32,806 bases of DNA. Source: Macrostomum lignano. Taxonomy: Eukaryota. The notes under the pieces were generated by a model. It worked only from the letters and a program-made list of their open reading frames with translations. It searched no databases and was not told the DNA's origin. Position numbers and translations under genes: made by a program. Within the stretch, counting starts at the first letter, position 1. The number at the start of each line of letters is the position of its first letter. Positions 29,884 through 32,806 of this stretch are shown in pieces. Location: assembly GCA_002269645.1 (NCBI GenBank), contig NIVC01001496.1, positions 1-32,806 on the forward strand, written 5' to 3'.

Positions 29884-32806
29884 TCAACGCCTCCTGGATC
29901 TGCCGCTCTTTCTTGACCTTCTTGAGACGCGTCGACGAACTCTCCTTGAGACGCGTCGACGAACTCTCCTTGAGACGCGTCGACGAACTCTCCTTGAGAC
30001 GCGTCGACGAACTCTCCTTGAGACGCGGCGACGAACTCTCCTTGAGACGCGTCGACGAAGTCTCCTTGAAAAGCGACGAGATTTACCCCAAAAACGTCGA
30101 ACCTTCCGAGATACACGGCGAGCTCTCCTTGAGACGCGTCGACGAAGTCTCCTTGAAAAGCGACGAGATTTACCCCAAAAACGTCGAACCTTCCGAGATA
30201 CACGGCGAGCTCTCCTTGAGACGCGTCGACGAAGTCTCCTTGAAAAGCGACGAGATTTACCCCAGAAGCGACGGACTTTCTTTGAGGCACGACGAACTCT
30301 CCCTGAGACGCGTCGACGAACTCTCCTTGAAAAGCGACGAGATTTACCCCAAAAACGTCGAACCTTCCGAGATACACGGCGAGCTCTCCTTGAGACGCGT
30401 CGACGAAGTCTCCTTGAAAAGCGACGAGATTTACCCCAAAAACGTCGAACATTCCAAGATACACGGCGGGCTCTCTTTGAGACGCGTCGACGAACCCTCC
30501 TTGAAAAGCGATAGACTCTCCTTCTCCAGGAAATGCGACGGGTTCTTCTCCTCACGCTTGAGCAGCGAGCCACGAGCTTTCGGCTTCGTTGGAAAGCGCC
30601 GCGTCTTCTGTATAGTCTGTGCAGCTTTCTCAGCTTCCGTTTGAGTTTGCGAGTCAGTTTGCGAACGGCGACTTTGCGCTTGCGACGACGCAGCTTACTC
30701 AACCGACGCCGGACTGATACGAACTTCTTGATTTGGCGTTTTGCGATTCTGATGAATTTCTTCTGAAGCCTGGACTGCTTTCTTCTAACAACGCACCTTG
30801 TGCCTTTTCGACAGCGTTTCTTGCTGCAAGGGTCTGAAATGAATACAATAGTAATAAAAATATTACTGAAATATTTAAAACAAACATGTCGTTTATTTGG
30901 AAGCACTTTATCATGCGTATCATCGATCGTATTACATATCGTATCTAGAAATACTTGCTGCAATTTCAGCAAACATTAAAATAAAAATCCTACCTAATCA
31001 AATATAATGCTTTCAACTCACTATTTAGCCTCTTGACACAAATTGCACGGGTCTTGTAGCGTCTCCGGTAGCTCAAGTATCGTGCGGAGAAACGCCTCAC
31101 AGCGCTTCTAAATCGCCGTTTCAGCGCGGCTCTCCGTCGACGGAAAGACCTCCGCGATCGGTTTCGGAATCTTTGCAGTTTTCGCCTCACAGAGCGTTTT
31201 ACGGCTTTGACACGCCTAGCGAGCTTCCGACCGCGGAGACGCTTCCTGAGAGACTTGCGCACCTTTTTGTACTTCTTTACGACTCGCCTCGCGAATCTTC
31301 GCCTCTTGTTGCGGAGACGTTTGAAAAGTCGTCGAGCCTTGCGCCTGAAGCGTCTACGGTTTGCCCTGGCAAACCAGCGGAAACCTTTGAAAGTACGAGT
31401 CGACACCCGCCTGACGATGCATCGCTTGCCCTTGGAACAGTTCACCTTGCTGCACTTGTCTGAAATTTGATGCTTTACTCTTTGTAGGTCTGTATATAGA
31501 CTGAGAAAGTTGCAAAAAATCCATGACTTTTGACAGAAAATTTAAAGTTATTAAAAAGTACGAGTACTTACTGGCTTTCTTCTCGCATCGAGCGACAGAT
31601 CTGGTTCGGCCACTTTTTGCTTTGATCTTTCGCACCCGGCAGATAAACCCTCGACTACAACGCTTTCTCCGGCATGGATTTACTGCAACGCAGATGGCTC
31701 GGCGTGTGTAGCGTCTTCTGAAGCTTCTTGGTCTCCGCTTGAACTTTCTTAGCCGTTTCTTCAATGATCTCACGACATTAACCCTCCGTTTGTAGTAGGA
31801 AACAACTGCTCGCTTCAACATCTTTCTGTAGGCTTTTTTGATCTTTTTGTATCTTCTCAAGATCTTCTTCTTCAGCTTCTTCCAGTCGGCAGCTGTTGCT
31901 TTCTTACCTCTCTTGTAGGCCGACTTTAGCTGTCGGAACTGCTTCGCGACTCGTCTCTTCAGGAAACGAACGCGACGTGCAAACTTTCGCGCATTTCTTT
32001 TGAACCTTCTGAAAACTGACTTTCGGGCACGCTTCTTCGATTTAGCGTATTTTTCAGTCTGCGCTTAGAAACCCTTCGAATGGTCTTCCTAAACTTTCTT
32101 CGGTACCGGCGAGCGGCACGTCTGTACCTGCCCCAGAGGAACGATCCAGCTCCTCTGTTTCGTCGAGCAGAACGGGACCCGGATTTGCGACTGCGTCTTC
32201 CAGCCCCCCTTCTGTAACGCCTCTTTCCGCCAAGACGCCTAACGGCGCGTCCAAACCAGCGTCTAAATGATTTGACGGCACGCCTCCTACGACGGTTCAA
32301 ACGTCTTCTGTACTGCCTGCGGAGATAACGAAGCTTCCGAATAGACCGCACTAGACGAGAGCGTTTTCGTCTGTTGCCTCTCTTCAGACTTCGCCTGTAC
32401 CGCCTGAACCATCTGCGAGAAACAACAGTCGAGACGCAACGCTTGCCGGCTGAACACTTGACATTCTTGCAAGATCCTGAAAGCAAAGTCAGAAATTGCG
32501 AATGAGAGGTCTGTTACTGCTCTTGTTTAAAAATGTATGATTTTCAGTCAACAAACCAGCTTACTTCTCACTCTGCGGATGCAACGAGCTACAGTCCTGA
32601 CTCGGTTCTTGAAAGCCGATTTATTTGCATGCTTTCTACGCAGCGCCTTGCGCCTCAGCACGTAGTTTCTTCTAGCAAGTTTCACGGCACGTCGGTACTT
32701 CAGATGAGCAGCACGTCTAGCACGTCGGAAACGTCTCACCTTGCGTCGTAGAGCCGATCTAAGTGATCTTCTAGCGGATGCGGTCTTCGCGCGTCTAATG
32801 CCGGAG
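29884..32806 (-). CDS. Gene R (3' part): paralog of gene L, Arg/Lys-rich FOLN-like modules ending in a protamine-like tail
   Basis: Exons >32806-32565, 32476-31572 (needs +1 nt in the A5 run at 32050-32054 to read LKKYAKSKKRARKSVFRRF), 31459-31022 and 30833-29884 (TGA). They are colinear with gene L exons 3220-416: for example FKNRVRTVARCI is shared and the third exon is 438 nt in both genes. Confidence 0.85.
29912..30510 (-). repeat. Coding tandem repeats: 24-nt unit (RRVRRRVS) x about 6 and 87-nt unit (RRFWGKSRRFSRRLRRRVSRRARRVSRKV) x about 5
   Basis: gagacgcgtcgacgaactctcctt is repeated directly, and RRFWGKS occurs five times in the minus-strand translation. Confidence 0.9.

Noticed and set aside
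29829-30644. Plus-strand 271-aa (DELSLRRV)n ORF and minus-strand (FVDASQGE)n ORF
   Set aside because: They are alternative frames of gene R's terminal repeat. The Arg-rich frame is the one continuous with the Cys module and ends at a stop followed by AATAAA.
29884-32806. Calling these genes protamine, histone H1, hemicentin or Mlig-ap1
   Set aside because: Only composition or single domains are shared and the overall architectures differ, so no gene symbol is assigned.

Overview
Eukaryotic (metazoan) DNA with short AT-rich GT-AG introns. It is possibly from a free-living flatworm such as Macrostomum, which is an inference from repeat style and cannot be confirmed here. The window is dominated by two tandem, paralogous minus-strand genes for extremely Arg/Lys-rich, Cys-knotted proteins. 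Gene L starts at ATG 23841 and runs off the left edge, with more than 5,700 codons after manual splicing. Its order is: signal peptide; about 330 aa of alternating (Arg/Lys-Ala)n; about 22 CPxG[YF]-type Cys hairpins; two hemicentin-type vWA domains; follistatin-N-like four-Cys modules with long basic insertions; and a 15-copy, near-identical, intron-containing 930-bp array, each unit encoding a 217-aa Cys-knot + SUEL/rhamnose-binding lectin module. Gene R (3' part only, 32806 to stop 29884) repeats the same last four exons but ends in a protamine-like (RRVRRRVS)n tail. Between the genes lie a foldback/MITE-like inverted repeat, a 19/20-bp minisatellite, a decayed non-LTR RT fragment and a truncated Gypsy-like gag. 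Five single-base losses in short runs break the reading frames and are probably assembly errors. Most plus-strand ORFs in the supplied track are shadow frames.
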